A stretch of DNA of 64,000 bases from Raillietiella orientalis (lineage: Eukaryota). Position 1 is the stretch's first letter. Each line of letters opens with the position of its first letter. The stretch is from positions 2,542,001 to 2,606,000 of the forward strand of contig JAYWIR010000008.1 in NCBI GenBank assembly GCA_036172245.1, in the 5' to 3' direction. The notes beneath the pieces were generated by a model. The model did no database searches, was not told where the DNA came from, and worked only from the letters and a program-made list of their open reading frames with translations. Of this stretch, positions 11,795-24,960 are shown piece after piece. A program made the position numbers and the translations under genes.

Positions 11795-12532
11795 ATCCGA
11801 GCCCTTGTCGGAGGCTTTGTTGTTAAGGCTTCCGCGCGTGGCACCATGCGCCGCGGGTTCGAATACTGTGGCAGAAACTGACGCCACTGCGTCGTTGGGT
11901 TCCGAGTTTCTCCTGCAATGGCGCTGGTTGGCCTAATCATTCGGACGTGGCACCGGTGGTCTTTTAAGCCGGAGGCCCCCGATGAAGGCCGGAACAATGG
12001 GAGTCGACCTTTGGGTCCTTCCAGGAATCAAGGAGTGGGGAGTTTCCCCTTCGGTCGTGCAACGGAGAGCGGATCCCCCACACCGGGAGGACCCCTCCGG
12101 TTTCAAGATGGAGCAGGAGCCTTCACATGCACCTCTCCAGTTGTTTTCTGAATTTCGGAGGAGGCCCTTCCGGGGTTCTCTTCAGAGGCGTGAACAGGAG
12201 CGGTTCCCTTGCGGGTTCCCTCCGGAGAATATGAAATGGAGAGGACAGCCCTTCCTATTAGCGGGGTGTCCCTCCGGAGAAAATGAGGAAGGAGATTCCT
12301 TTCTGGATTCCCCTTCGGAGACAACCAGGGTGGGAGGTGCGATCCCCCGTCCCCAAGCGTGAGAGGAACGGACTCCGAGCCTTCCTGGATTCATAAAGCG
12401 GACCCCCCTTCCGGGGTGCCCTCTATCTTGGAGAATTACACGCACCCTCCGCGGTGTTAAAGAGCCAAGTGCGCGCCGCAAGGCATGCGACCGACTCTTG
12501 AGGTGCCTTAGCGAACCAAAAAAAAAAAAAAA
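11795..12532 (+). mobile_element. tRNA-derived SINE-like element with internal degenerate tandem repeats
   Basis: A-box-like ggctttgttgttaagg (~11813-11828) and B-box-like ggttcgaatac (11856-11866) in a tRNA-like head; GC-rich body in AT-rich surroundings; A-tail at 12518-12532; possible degenerate TSD aaactgaaag / aagctggaag. Confidence 0.65.
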
Positions 12533-13670
12533 GCTGGAAGGGAAAACAGCGAAGGGAGAGAAGAACCCAAAAGGATTTCCATCATCCCTGGAGTTCCTTG
12601 GTATGCAGATTACAGAACATTTTCAAACAGTGTTCGCAAGCTATTAGTTTGACAGTTTTATCATCAGCAAATGTCTTGAGAATTATCGAATAATAGAAAT
12701 GCATTTTGTACTGTTCTTCGTGTACCGATCTATGTTTGATTTAGGAATTTCTCATTTTGAAGTTCCTTTGATCGGCATATAGCGAAAGCAAGTACTTCCG
12801 CACCTCACCCTCAATTTGCGCCATTCTTTTGAAAGTACTCTTTATAGAGCTACTACGAACAGTTCCTTGTCAAGAGTCTTCGTGACCTCATTTCCTTCAC
12901 GAATCCTGACGAGTTTGCCTTTGCGGTCATCGGGGACCACACGCCATACGTACAACGTACTGCAGCTTCAGCGCCATTCAGGGTTGCCTCCCAGACCACG
13001 CGAAAATTCTCGCAACAATGTATAAAGTATTGCGTATAAAGACTCAGTACGAGTAAGCCTAGGTGGAGTAGTGATTATTATTGCAGAACGTCAGTAGATA
13101 TTGTGCTATGTGTGTTTATAATAAGTACGTGCATCGTCCAGAATGTCGCGAAATATGTTTTTTTTAAAAATATATGTATATAGTCTGTTACTTGTAATAA
13201 TTTCCCTGAAATTCGTGGCAACGGGGCCTCTTACCTTAAGATTGGGGACGGGGTGGTTGTGGAATCGAGTGCTGTAAGAGAATCCATCAACATACTTCCG
13301 GTGTTGATAGATTTGATAGATCTTGAAAAATCACATTTCAAACAAGATCCTTCCGGTCTTGTTTGAAATGTGATTTTTCAAGATTGCGAAAGAAAAAAGA
13401 ACGCTCTACCGGAACAAATGTCACAGACTGTGTACAATCGTCTGTAAGAAGTTTCGCTCTGAAGACATTTCGATTGAACCTACGAGAAATTAGTTCGGCC
13501 TGCTTGATTATATCGTAGTTGATAAAATCAGATTTTGTTTCAATACATGTATACTTCAAAACCAAAACAAATATTCCAAACGAAAATAATTAATGTATCA
13601 CATTTTATGAAACCCAAGCCTCAAATTGAACCAAGAATAATCAATCTTTGATTTAAGAGTTACGAATATT

Positions 13671-16565
13671 ATGAGTTCCCAAAAGAAAAAACAAACTCCA
13701 CTGTCCGATTATATATCTATTGCAATCCAATGTACTGATAAACAAGTCTTATTGAGTCATCAAGATCCTAATGTTGGTTGGTGGCTTCCATACTCAAAAG
13801 TAATGGCTGCAGATAGTTTACAAAAGGCTGCCCAGCAACTGTTACTCGAAGTAAAACCATTTTTGTAGAAATGCAATTCACTACATTATGTTGTTAAGGT
13901 GTCTAAAATGCAATTAAAATGTGAAGGTATTTTACGTTATCACAGGATGTGGGTTCCAAGTAATCCATTCTCCATTTCCCATATCACTTTTGTTACCCGA
14001 TTACCCTTGGAGCATAAGAACAAAATCAAGGTACCTTTTAAATCCTCAGAAAAACTATCCTTAACACTCATGGAAGGTGACTTCCAAATTACGATGGTTT
14101 GGATTTACAGAATTGCTTCATTTGTCCAGGAGGTGTAACAGCTTTCTGGGAAGTCCAGATATCTTAGAAATGCTCAAAAAAATTCATGAATCAGATCATA
14201 TGGTTTTGCCTTTCACACTGTCTGAGACATCATCTCATAATGTCTTGGTTGGCACAAATGGTTCTTACCAAAATAGATCAGCCAATGGGCAGTTGTTACA
14301 GTCAGCTCGATTTTCACATGAAGGTATAGTGCTGTAGTTAGTCAGCTTGCCACCTATGCTACTTGTGCAGGTCTGATACCTTTGTGGTCAACTGTACTTG
14401 TATAATACTAGCCTTTTCTCCATAGAACAGGAACTCTTGTTTGAAGATTTTCTCCATCGCTGTTTTCCTCAAATGACAATGAAACACCCAGTTTTTGTTA
14501 AAATGATGCTTGAACTGGGATGGGATGCGGAAAGTGCCAGTTTGCTGTATAGGTAGATTCTTCCATATGCAGTCATGTGTAGTCTTCGCTAAAGAGCTTT
14601 CGAAATTCATGACAGAGGGGGTCTTAACTACAAGGATCTGTTGTTTGGTTTGGCAGCACTAGAACCTACCACTGAACATGGGGGTGTTTCAGCAGAGATG
14701 CGTTGCCGCTATATTTTCAGGTGGGGCTCATACATTCCTAGCAGTACAATATCTACTGATTTTGTGCAGATATTATGACCGTAATGGGGATGGTAAATTG
14801 GATTTGGAGGAATTCCAGCTGGTGGTCAGAGATATCCGCAGGTTAAAAGGACTTATTGACAATGCTGATGAAATCAAAAGAGAAGCAGAAACAAGTATCA
14901 TGTATGTAATGTTACCTTTCAAGTTACTTGTGGGATGTTTGTATGGATCAGAGCTTTAGGAGCTGAATGTAGAACTGGATTGAGCCTCACTGATTTTTTG
15001 GTTGGAGTAGGACAACTAAAATTCCGTGGTACCTCATTGCTATTGCGCTCTCCAGTTTCTGTGGTGCAGCATCTCCGCAGTATATACTGGTATAATTCCT
15101 TGTATATTCTGATACTCTTGCTCTTATTTTCATAATACCAGTGTTTCTGTAAGTAAGCCAGATGCTCCAGCCAAGAAGTCTAGCTCTGAAGAAGCACCTC
15201 TGTTAATTGAGGATCAGCCAGATGCTTATGAACTTGCTACTCATTCAGTAAAAGTGCGTCGTAGTGGCACTTTAGTTGATGTCAGCACTCTTTGGGATTT
15301 ACAAGGTCAGTTGGCCATGTAAATCCCAAATGGTCAGTTGAGATACCAGGTACCGAGGCTGTCAGTCAAGGAGTTGCTTTATCCCAATTACTTGGTTTTG
15401 AGCGGATGCCATCAGTAGATTCATTTAATTTGCATTCTGCACCTCGTGAAATGCTGCAGGCTCTTCATTACTTTGAGAAACCAATCAGAGGACCTGATAT
15501 GGTGGCAAGCAAAAGTGCATATAGCTGGGGTTCAGTAGATTCTATTATGCTGGCATGCTACCTAATGGCAATTTGTCGGCAAACACAGGAATTGCTAGCA
15601 AGGGAACTCCGTCTGATCCAGCTGCAGTCTCCTGTGTATATCTTAGGTAAGATGGATATTGAATAGCCAGCAAGGGGCTGTCTAGGAGATTTGCATGGCA
15701 ACTTCCATGATCTAATTTGTTTTGAGAAAGTCCTCTGGAGAATGGGTCCATTGCTGACTCCAGCCACTTTTTTGTTCTTGGGAGATTTTGTAGATCGTGG
15801 CAGTAATGGAGTTGAAGTGGTGGCATATCTGTTTTCCCAGAAGATTCTGGCACCATCCAAATTTCATTTGTTGCGTGGCAATCATGAGCTGCGTTCTATC
15901 CAGAAAATGTTCACCTTCTACACGTGAGACTAAATGTTGCCACCGAACATGAGATTGGTTGCCATCAGGGAATGTTTAGCATTGTTTGGAGAGAAACTGG
16001 GCCAAGAGATATGGGAAGCTATCAATCAGACATTTGATGCTATGCCCTTAGCAGCCCTGGTTGATGGGAAAGTGTTTTGCTTGCATGGAGGTATTTTCCC
16101 ACCCACTTTTGGTGGAGGCAAGCTGGCTGCCATCAATGATATCCCATGCCCATTAATGGATCCTGAAATTCAGAGTCCATTGGCATGGGAATTGCTTTGG
16201 AATGATCCTATGAAGTAAGTAGTGCATGTCCTTTCTCAATGTGAAAAAATGCATTTAGCGTATCTGAAGACTGGCCCAAGGAAGTGCTAAGAGAGTTGAA
16301 GGAGAATGAAGGTTTTGCCCACAACTTGAAAAGAGGTACTGCACATGTATTTAGTGAAGATGCCTTAGAAGCCTTCTTGGCACGAAATGGTCTCTCACAT
16401 GTTGTGAGGGCGCATGAAGTCCAGCAAGCTGGGTTCAAGTTGCAACAGAGGGGAAAACTGCTCACTGTTTTCAGCTCCTCCAGATATTGCGGGGGAGCCA
16501 ATGAAGCAGCGTGTATTTTAGCTGATCGATACAAGTTGCGTATCATTCGATTAGACACGGTTTAA
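13671..16565 (+). CDS. PPP-family Ser/Thr protein phosphatase with EF-hand(s) and a degenerate Nudix-like N-terminus (777 aa, 12 exons)
   Basis: Exons 13671-13850, 13899-14030, 14077-14323, 14426-14552, 14595-14720, 14770-14901, 14952-15089, 15142-15305, 15350-15646, 15686-15923, 15969-16214, 16259-16565 sum to 2334 nt in frame. PPP motifs GDLHG, GDFVDRG, LRGNHE, CLHGG, LLWNDP, VRAHE, TVFSS; EF loop [12 protein letters not shown]. Confidence 0.92.
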
Positions 16566-19500
16566 ACAAGTCGTTACAATTGCAAGATCCTGCATTTAGA
16601 AACAAAATGACATGTACCCACAAGTTTGCATTGTATTACTCCCAGTTGCTTTTATACCATTAAAAAAAAAAACTGGGAAACAAAACGTTTTTGTAGATAC
16701 TATTTTATTATATGTGCACATTTGTTTGCTGTTTGAAAATGTGTTCTCATCACAATGAATTTTCCGGGTTTCAAGTCGGAATACTGTCATGCATGATCGA
16801 AAGTCTGCTGATATTTATTTAATCGCAGTTTCGATCCTGGAACTTGAGAAAAGAAAATTCTTATGTCCGTTATTAGTAGTTAGTGTTTCCCCAAAGCGAA
16901 TTGATGTAAGTGTGATGGTATGAAAGGTGCAATTTTTCCGCCATATTTCTATATTCAAAAGAATGACCGAGTTCTTTAGAACTAGCTTTGGATCGAATGA
17001 GCCCTAGGGTACTTCCCCAAAGTTTACGTTGTCCAGAAGAGATTTACGGTAAGATGATCCGTTTTGAGGATCTCTGACACGAAGGTCACACATCTAGCGA
17101 ATGCATCTTTTAATCTGAAGTAGCAACTGAGATTATTAAATAGAAATGTGGCAAACGAATGTTTCAGCTAAGTGAAGAACAAATGCATTCTGAGCTATAC
17201 AATAATCACATCAAAAAATTATGCAAGCTATCTGTACTAATGCTTCACTAACCCAATTAATAAGGACAACTTATGATTTTATGGTCCTCGGAAATTTATT
17301 TGGAAAGATCAACATTTTGGAAGGGTAGTAAATAAACAGCGTTCAAGTACTTGATCCCTCGTTGACTTCTTACGGTTAAAATTTATCTATCTTTTAGATT
17401 TTAGCTCTCAACGCAATTCTTTTCAGTTTCATCTTTTTGGGAAAGATCAACGACATAACGCAAAGTTTCTTACTCGGAAATCTTTCTTCACATGGAAGCA
17501 TAGTCTGAGCTCCCGCGCAGACTTTTTCCTTGGTAGAATATCCTCCCCAAAATAAAAATAAAAGCAGAACACAAAGCAATCGCTACGGCAGATTCACAGC
17601 AAATGGTTTCATCATTGGGAATAGATGTATTCGCATATAGTTGGATGATATCGTGGTATGTGTAAATCTAAGGTGTCCATCGTGTTGGTGTGATTCGCAC
17701 GGTTCCTTTTACTTTTTTATTCGGTCTCCAACGCGTATCCATCCACTAAAGAGTTCCTGAATCTCGCCCTTCCCCACCCAACACAATCTTGACCAGGCCT
17801 CAAAAATTACTTTTCTGATCCTGAGAATGCAAAAATAACTTTCAACCTTTAATGTGCTACTTGGAGTCTAACGGGAAGACTCCCCGAGGCAGCATTCCAG
17901 GAAGACCAGCAACGTGTCCGATTCCATTCCGGTGTCCACAGCAATACCCACAATGTTGTTTGCCCTAATTGAACACGGACAGGCAGAGGTTGGAGAGAAT
18001 CTTCTAAGGATCCAGATCATGTTTAATCCAAACCAGAATTCAAGTGCCTCCATAGATGATATTTAGAATTTTTTTTGCTTTTATTTTACTCTCCATAACT
18101 ACTCTGTGACTTTGTTAACAACGAAGTTACTTTTAAATAGAGTCTTTTTAACTTTTCTTCTCTGGAAACATTTCTTTAACAAGAACGTATTAACTTACCT
18201 TTAAAACTTTTCATTGCCTGTTTCGATCAAGCTAGAAATGCTCTACAAATTTTACACATATGTTCGAATAGTGCGAACCCGAATAATGGTATCATTTCGT
18301 GAGAGGAATTGTGCTCTCTAATAAAGGCCTGCCTGTACTGTTTGAATCCCTGCCCATTAAAGACAGATTCACAGGACACACGAAGCGACATTTCCAACCT
18401 CCACTATTTGAAGGTTTTGATTTCGCGGCTCCGTGATCGCTTTCGACAAGCAAATCAACAGGTTTCTTCTCCATTCGGTATATGAGAGAGTCTGCCTAAT
18501 TTCGAAATTTATGACATAAGCAGCGGACGGATGCCCCTTCTCCCCCCCTCAGTGGAGCAAGGTCCAGACCGCCCAACTGGAAGTCCTCGAGCAGCAGATG
18601 GAGGCCACCAGCAACTTTCGGCCCCCCACCACCACCTTGGTATTCACAAGTGGAACCACACCTGTAGGCAATACAACGTTGTTTTCATCTAACATTCGAT
18701 TCCTCTGCTTCCTTTGGGATGAGCGTGCATGAGAATTGACACCCCGTTGATTGTGATTTCATTCGACTACCGAAGAAGCCGATCTTTGATTGCTTCAGGG
18801 AGCCAAAATTCTTCAATGATAGCATGCTCATCAGGAGATGAGTCGACACCTGGGCTTTCACCCAGCCCGGTGAGAATTCTGCACTTGAATTCCAATAGTG
18901 CGTGCGGTAATTGGGTTTTGACATTTGACATTTGCCGACCGATCCTTGAAATGAGGAGAGAGTATGGTAGCGGTAGGGTAGTGTGAACTTATCAGTCATT
19001 TTCTACACAGAGAATACAAAAATACCCTAATGGCTTAATGTCCCAGATGCCATTATTCTATGCCTAGGATCAAGTCATTTTTCTGTCATCTGCAAGAAAA
19101 TGTTCGAAACAATTCTGTGGTTTTTTGATATTTGAAAATTCAACGTGTTTCGTTTTCAGATTCGAATGAAATTTGATGGTAGTTCCTTGCTCTAAGTTGC
19201 CAAATGCGTTTTAGGAGCTGCTAGTGATGAATGCTAGTAGGTAAAACATCACATTTTAGAAGCTCTTGATCTCTTTGTCTATCTTCTTGGATATCGACGG
19301 TTTTTCATCATTATCCATACTCATACTTTTCCATGTTACACTTGCAGCTTATGAGCTGCCTTCCTACTTATTTAGACTCAGGAGAGCTACACATCTGATC
19401 AGAGCTTGACAAACAAAATTTCTAACCAATGTCGACAAATCGGGAAAAGCTTTAATATTCATCTCATTATTTCTTAACTAGACATCAATTCTGAAGAGAA

Positions 19501-22025
19501 AAAAAAAATAGTAAGAGAAATAGGATAAGGCTTTTTTCCCGATCACTTTTTGGCACTTTTCCACACCTCCATTTGAGGACACACATTTGGTTAACATGTA
19601 AAAAAAAAACTTCGACCTGTAGATTCCATTTAATAAAATTTTCACAATCCATGATGTATGAGTTTTTTAAAACATATTTGAGTTGGTGCGATTTGCTAAT
19701 TGAGATACAGTGTGTGCGATTCAAGTAATTGCTCTTGAAATCATTTTTGTTAATTAGAAGATAGGCCTAAGATATGAATTCATAGAAATGCATCCGTAAA
19801 TGTTGTCAAGGGTTATCAAGTGTATGTACATTGGAGAGTATTCAGTTGAATATACTTATATCTATCTTAAGTGCACCGTTGGAATTCCACCAAACTACAT
19901 CTAATAGAAGTTTTTTTTTTTGTTTTGTACCGTTCAATGTTCCAGATGCTGTGATTCAAAATGTTTGCAGGAATAACCCAGCCATTAACCAGTACACCTA
20001 TATGTGGTAAAATGAATTTTGCAGTTTATTGAATAAGCACATTTTTAGTTGCTTCCGCTTTATTTTTCGATTGCATTCTTTTTTTCAAGTGGAAAACAAG
20101 TCTGCTTTTTATTTCAAATGCTACCGTCTGAACGTGACTTATGAAATTCCTTTCCTCAATGTTTCAATAAGTTACATAAAGAAAATAAGAAACGTAGCTG
20201 AATAAAAATAAATCTTGGTGCTGATGGCCAAACAAGCATTTGGAAGTGTTTTTTTTTTTTTTTTTCAACAGAAATGCTGTTTTGTTACGGAAAGTTTACT
20301 GATGAATATTGATGAATACTGATGCGTGATCCCAGATCAAAGCTCAGTTTTCTGTCGAATTGTGTAATTTGTGGATAAGATAAATAAGCATAGCATCTTT
20401 CCACTACTGTGTTGAGAACAAACGTGAAATTGTTACTCCAGCATCCATCGAACGACTTGGTTCGAAAAGACAGTGGTTTCTTTCTCATTATACATACGAA
20501 CTAAGTCTTCCAATCAGAAATTGTTGTAGTTAGTTCCAGGAATAAGAAGGGGGATAAAGGAACGAAAACTATCAATATGCATGTTTGTATAGAAGCAGCA
20601 GCATCGGGAACAAATTTAAGACAGAATGCTTAGATCTGTATATGTGCAAGAAGCATAAATTCATAATATCTAGTTATATTACGTTCCACGTTACTATCTT
20701 CCATTATTTAGAGGTTGTTTTTGAAATCGGTTGGATGAAGAAAGAGTATACAAGATTGTACAAAATTTTAAACATCAGAACCATTACTGTAGAAATTTCA
20801 GTTTTATTGGGTTCGCGAGGTCGTGTCCTATAAACCCTCGAAAAAGCTTATGCACTGTGGACTGGTAGTGCAAATGCAATTCCAAATCTGGAATCTTTTG
20901 TTTGGCTCCAAACCCTACTGACGAACAAACGTGGACGCGTGCATCGCCAGGTGGTGTCGGAATTCCTTCATGCGTTATCAGCTTCCATTTGCCTCACGCG
21001 GAAATCTTTCCCAAACGGTTCACTGAACTAGAAGTTCATTTACAACAAACTGGAATTGCCCAATCAGCTGTGGTTTTTAATCAAAACCTTCCAAAGATGA
21101 AATCTTTTGCGATTTTTTATGCGTGTCTGACTCAGCCACCGCACCCACCCTGCTCTCCATGAGAGTCCAAATTCGTCCCTACCAATGTTGAAGATCTTCA
21201 CGTCGACGCCACCAACGGTCCGCGTGTAAACTAAAACTCACTTCAGTGGATTTCGTTCGAGCTCCCAGATTGCGTCAGATTGCACAAAATGCGGGCAGAG
21301 CCTTTCGAATGCCTCAAAATGACGCCTTCCAAACTGCTTCTCCTCTCTTCATAGTTCCTGTGAGACCGGAGTGTTACTGTTGCATTATGTGCTCTGAAAA
21401 CAAGTGTCTTGGTGTCTGTCCAATTACTGATATGCTGTTTCCAAGAGAAAAGTTGCAGCTGTTCCGTAGGAACCGGTTTTTCAGAAAATCTGGTTCACAC
21501 TGGCTTTTCCTTGGAGTGCTTTTGCCTTTTTCAAATGTTACTGAACGCATGCCAACTGGGATTTGAGTTTTTCTAAGATTTTAGATGCTGTTTCAAAGGA
21601 AAATCTCCTGTGGATGAAACCAACGAACTATGCGCAAACCACTTTGCAGTACTTTCGAAGTGCTGCAGGTCTCCCTAGAAACCGGCTATCCTCATAGTGT
21701 TCCTCATCACAGACACATTGCCTTTCTCAAGGAGTACAGGAATTCTGTGAAACTGAATCTCATTAAAGAGAAGCACGAATTATTCGAGCAAAGGATTCTG
21801 TAGTCACACCCTTCTACCGTTTGTCTCTCTAAAGAAATAAATGCCATGCGCTTGTGAGAGAGAAGTTGATTGATTTGATTCGAAAAGAATATAAATGTGC
21901 ATTGGGCCTTGCCAATGATGTTTGAAACAGGAAATTCAAACCTTGTTTTGTCGGTCTGAGCTGGTTGGCATTCTTGTTTATGTGGTAAATGATCGTTTAG
22001 AACGATGATGATTCCGAGACAGAGC

Positions 22026-22060
<35 letters not shown>

Positions 22061-22322
22061 ATTTCGAAGTTTTATAGCTTCCAGAAGGATTCACAGCTGT
22101 TTCAAATGCAGTCAACTGAGGGCGTTTTTCCAACTTATGACCTTCCTGCACGAGTGTACAAGTATTGAATCGCGATCACAAGTCGTCGGATTCCGCCTGG
22201 TTGCATGGCTCTGTTATGGAAACCGCATCACGGTGACTGCGCTTTGTGGGTTTTGTAGGAAGCTCCCGTTTCAAGTCGATCTTTCGTCATGATAAGGCTA
22301 TTAGTACTTTGGATCCAGGAAG

Positions 22323-22816
22323 AATCAGACAAAAGAATTAGGTGTGTTGAATTTCAGGAAGAAAAAACATTCAGGAAGAATGTTCTGAAACAAATGGAAT
22401 AGAGGGCATATGAAATACGTGTCATATGTGAAGAAAAAAAAATTGGAACTTTCCTAGGCGATCAGAAGGGAATTTAAGGCACTAGAACGGAATATGGAGT
22501 TTGAAATAAGACAATTAGAAAACCTACATTCGTTTCAGGATATGATGAAAAGGTTGAGGCTGGGACGAATGACAACGGAGAGGCAGAAGACACGACATGA
22601 AACACATGGACAACAGTAAAGGTTGCTTCATAAGAGAGATTTCAGATGAGGAAGAGCAGTAGATAACACCTAAATAAGACACAAGAATAAATGAGATCCA
22701 GTGACCGCACGAACAGATGCCGAATGCTATCATGAAAATCTTCCCAAGGATCCTTCAATATGGACTAAATTGTTCAGACAAAAGAGTTAAGTGTGTCGAA
22801 CTTCAGGAAGAAAAAA
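22323..22816. repeat. ~45-bp diverged direct repeat
   Basis: tcagacaaaagaattaggtgtgttgaatttcaggaagaaaaaa (~22325-22367) recurs as tcagacaaaagagttaagtgtgtcgaacttcaggaagaaaaaa (~22774-22816). Confidence 0.75.
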
Positions 22817-24639
22817 GAAATAAACTTCAAGTTTCCCAAAGATCAAATTGGTGAAATGAAAATCCGCTGCTTATCACTAAAAAGGGGGCGTAGAGAAGTG
22901 TCAAAGCCTCTCAAAAGAGGGGAGCATGCGTTGTTTTCATTCATTTCTATCTAGATCTATCTCCGAAAAAATGAAACACTCTCTCATCAAAGATGAAACG
23001 AAAAATTCTTTATTCATCGTGATCCTCAAGAGGAACTTTCGAGAAGGTTTAATTTAGATGAGCGCATAGGAAACTAAGCAGGACAGGGCAGCTATGGTGA
23101 AGGAAGAAGGACCATACTTGAGATTAATATTCATAGCGTGACTGATGCTATCTTCGAATTCAATGGTTCTCGCGCTACGGAACTGTTAAACAAATGTAAT
23201 AGGGTAATATCGAAGTACTCATGAAAGAATTCAAGTTCAAGAACTACGAAAATTGGGGTGCTGAAATTGAAAACCGAATGAAGATATGCATACCAATACA
23301 GAAACCCGGTTTCTGGTATTCATAATATATGTTGATAGCATGCACCTGCTCTGTACTTCTGACAGATCACAACGATAGGGATATCTGTCATTTCCAACGA
23401 TGTAGGAACCTCTGAAACTGTGAAGAGCATGGTTTTAGGAAGCGGATGAGCACAAAAATCTATTGAGTCCAGTCAGAATGATAAAGCGCTCAACTCATGG
23501 AAATGTCGCCAGCATGAAGGGTAAATCCAATGTAGGGTATTGGAGGAAAACGAGACTCTTTATGTACCATGCATAGCCCCTATTTTTAATTTCTCGCTTA
23601 GTAATGCATAAGAAACGATTTTATGCAGACAGAATTTATTTTAAGCTTTACAAGAGTTTCCACAGCTCTCTCTACATCAAGGAAGCGTAGTTTAGAAAAA
23701 TGAACGTTGAAACTACTGCATGACTCAAAGTGGGAGTTGTTCGTGGACCATGCATAACTGTGGCAATTCAAATAGCAGTGGCAACGCAACTCATTAGACG
23801 AATCCATAGAAACATCTGATGATGCAGGTGCCTCCAAAACACGATCTTACTAGAAAATATGCAACCAGTAATCGAAGGGGGAAGGTATTTCCTAGCTTAC
23901 CGGTCAGCAGGAGTCAGCCGAATGCGGATTTTGGCTCGGTCTGACACTCAGGTACCGGCTCATCACCAGCAAATTGCCATCGTCAAAGTGCTCTTGTATA
24001 TTCCTTCTTTCTCAACAGTCCCTTGTTGCTCGTCCAGGTGAAGTAGCTGGCGGAATTCTGTCGGAACCGCTTCAGTGGTTTCATTTTGCCACTTGTATTC
24101 CCGACACAAAAAAAATCACATAAAGCGATGCTGACCTGAAAAGGACGTGAAGATTATTTTGTTGCCGTTTACGTACCTCCGCATGCTTGCCTGTAACTCG
24201 TTAAGGGGTGGCCTGTGAGATGAAAATGCATCGTCACCAATCAACTGAGGTTTGTTTTGGGTAATGATGAATCATTACCAAATACAAGCTTCAGTTTGTA
24301 TTTCAGTAATCACCCGAGCCCTTCCAATTTTCAGAGTCTGAGGATTAATAGAGATGAGGGGATAATCCATAATGTTCCTGGTTATCCCATGCTGTTGCTA
24401 GAAGAACAAAGAGCTGCATATGTCTTTCGCAAAGATAATTCTCAAGATAGCTATTTAAAATACAAATGTGCACGGCTAGGGGCTCCTGAGAAAGGCAATG
24501 GATATTTCTACAACAACAGGAAAAAAAAAAACGTTCCCATGGGAAAAAAAAAGCGTTCGCAGTTTGTCCCTTGCAGTGATTTATTTAAAAGTTTTCTCCA
24601 TCAGTAATTTCAATTCAGAGAACGAAAGAATGCCGAATC

Positions 24640-24960
24640 AAAGTACTTAATCAAAGTAGTAGGAATAAGTTTGCTTTCACAATTCTGTTTGTTTTGTGCG
24701 TGTTTTTTAATCCAGTGTTGAAAATTTCCTTCTTTTTCTTTCTTGACTTTCACTTTCCTCATTTTATTATATTCCTCGCAGGGTCTCATAGCTTTAATTC
24801 CTAGTTTTCTGATTCGAAAATGGCTGTTCTCAATCCAGATTAGCAATCTGGCCAATGTTTTGAACAGCATCCGAAGAAAAATACTCGAAGAAGGACAGGA
24901 AGCTTCGATTTGATGAACCTTTTAGCATCTAGTCGAACGCGTGTTTCCAACCCTTGATGA
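24640..24960 (-). mobile_element. Possible highly decayed RTE-like LINE fragment
   Basis: Minus-strand pieces RVFFFGC..W, LLIWIENSHFRIRKLGIK and NFQHWIKK loosely follow the order of RTE RT C-terminal motifs (FLYG.E.W, RI.W..., YFGHI.R). Weak, by eye only. Confidence 0.25.

Noticed and set aside
11805..11875. Functional tRNA gene
   Set aside because: A and B boxes are degenerate, there is no clean cloverleaf, and the sequence continues into a SINE body with an A-tail.
12010..12430. CRISPR-like repeat-spacer array
   Set aside because: Eukaryotic context; the repeats are short, degenerate and irregularly spaced, and there are no cas genes.
17800..24600. Short ORFs in the intergenic stretch between the phosphatase and MSH4
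   Set aside because: No motifs or consistent splice model; probably decayed repeats that cannot be classified by eye.
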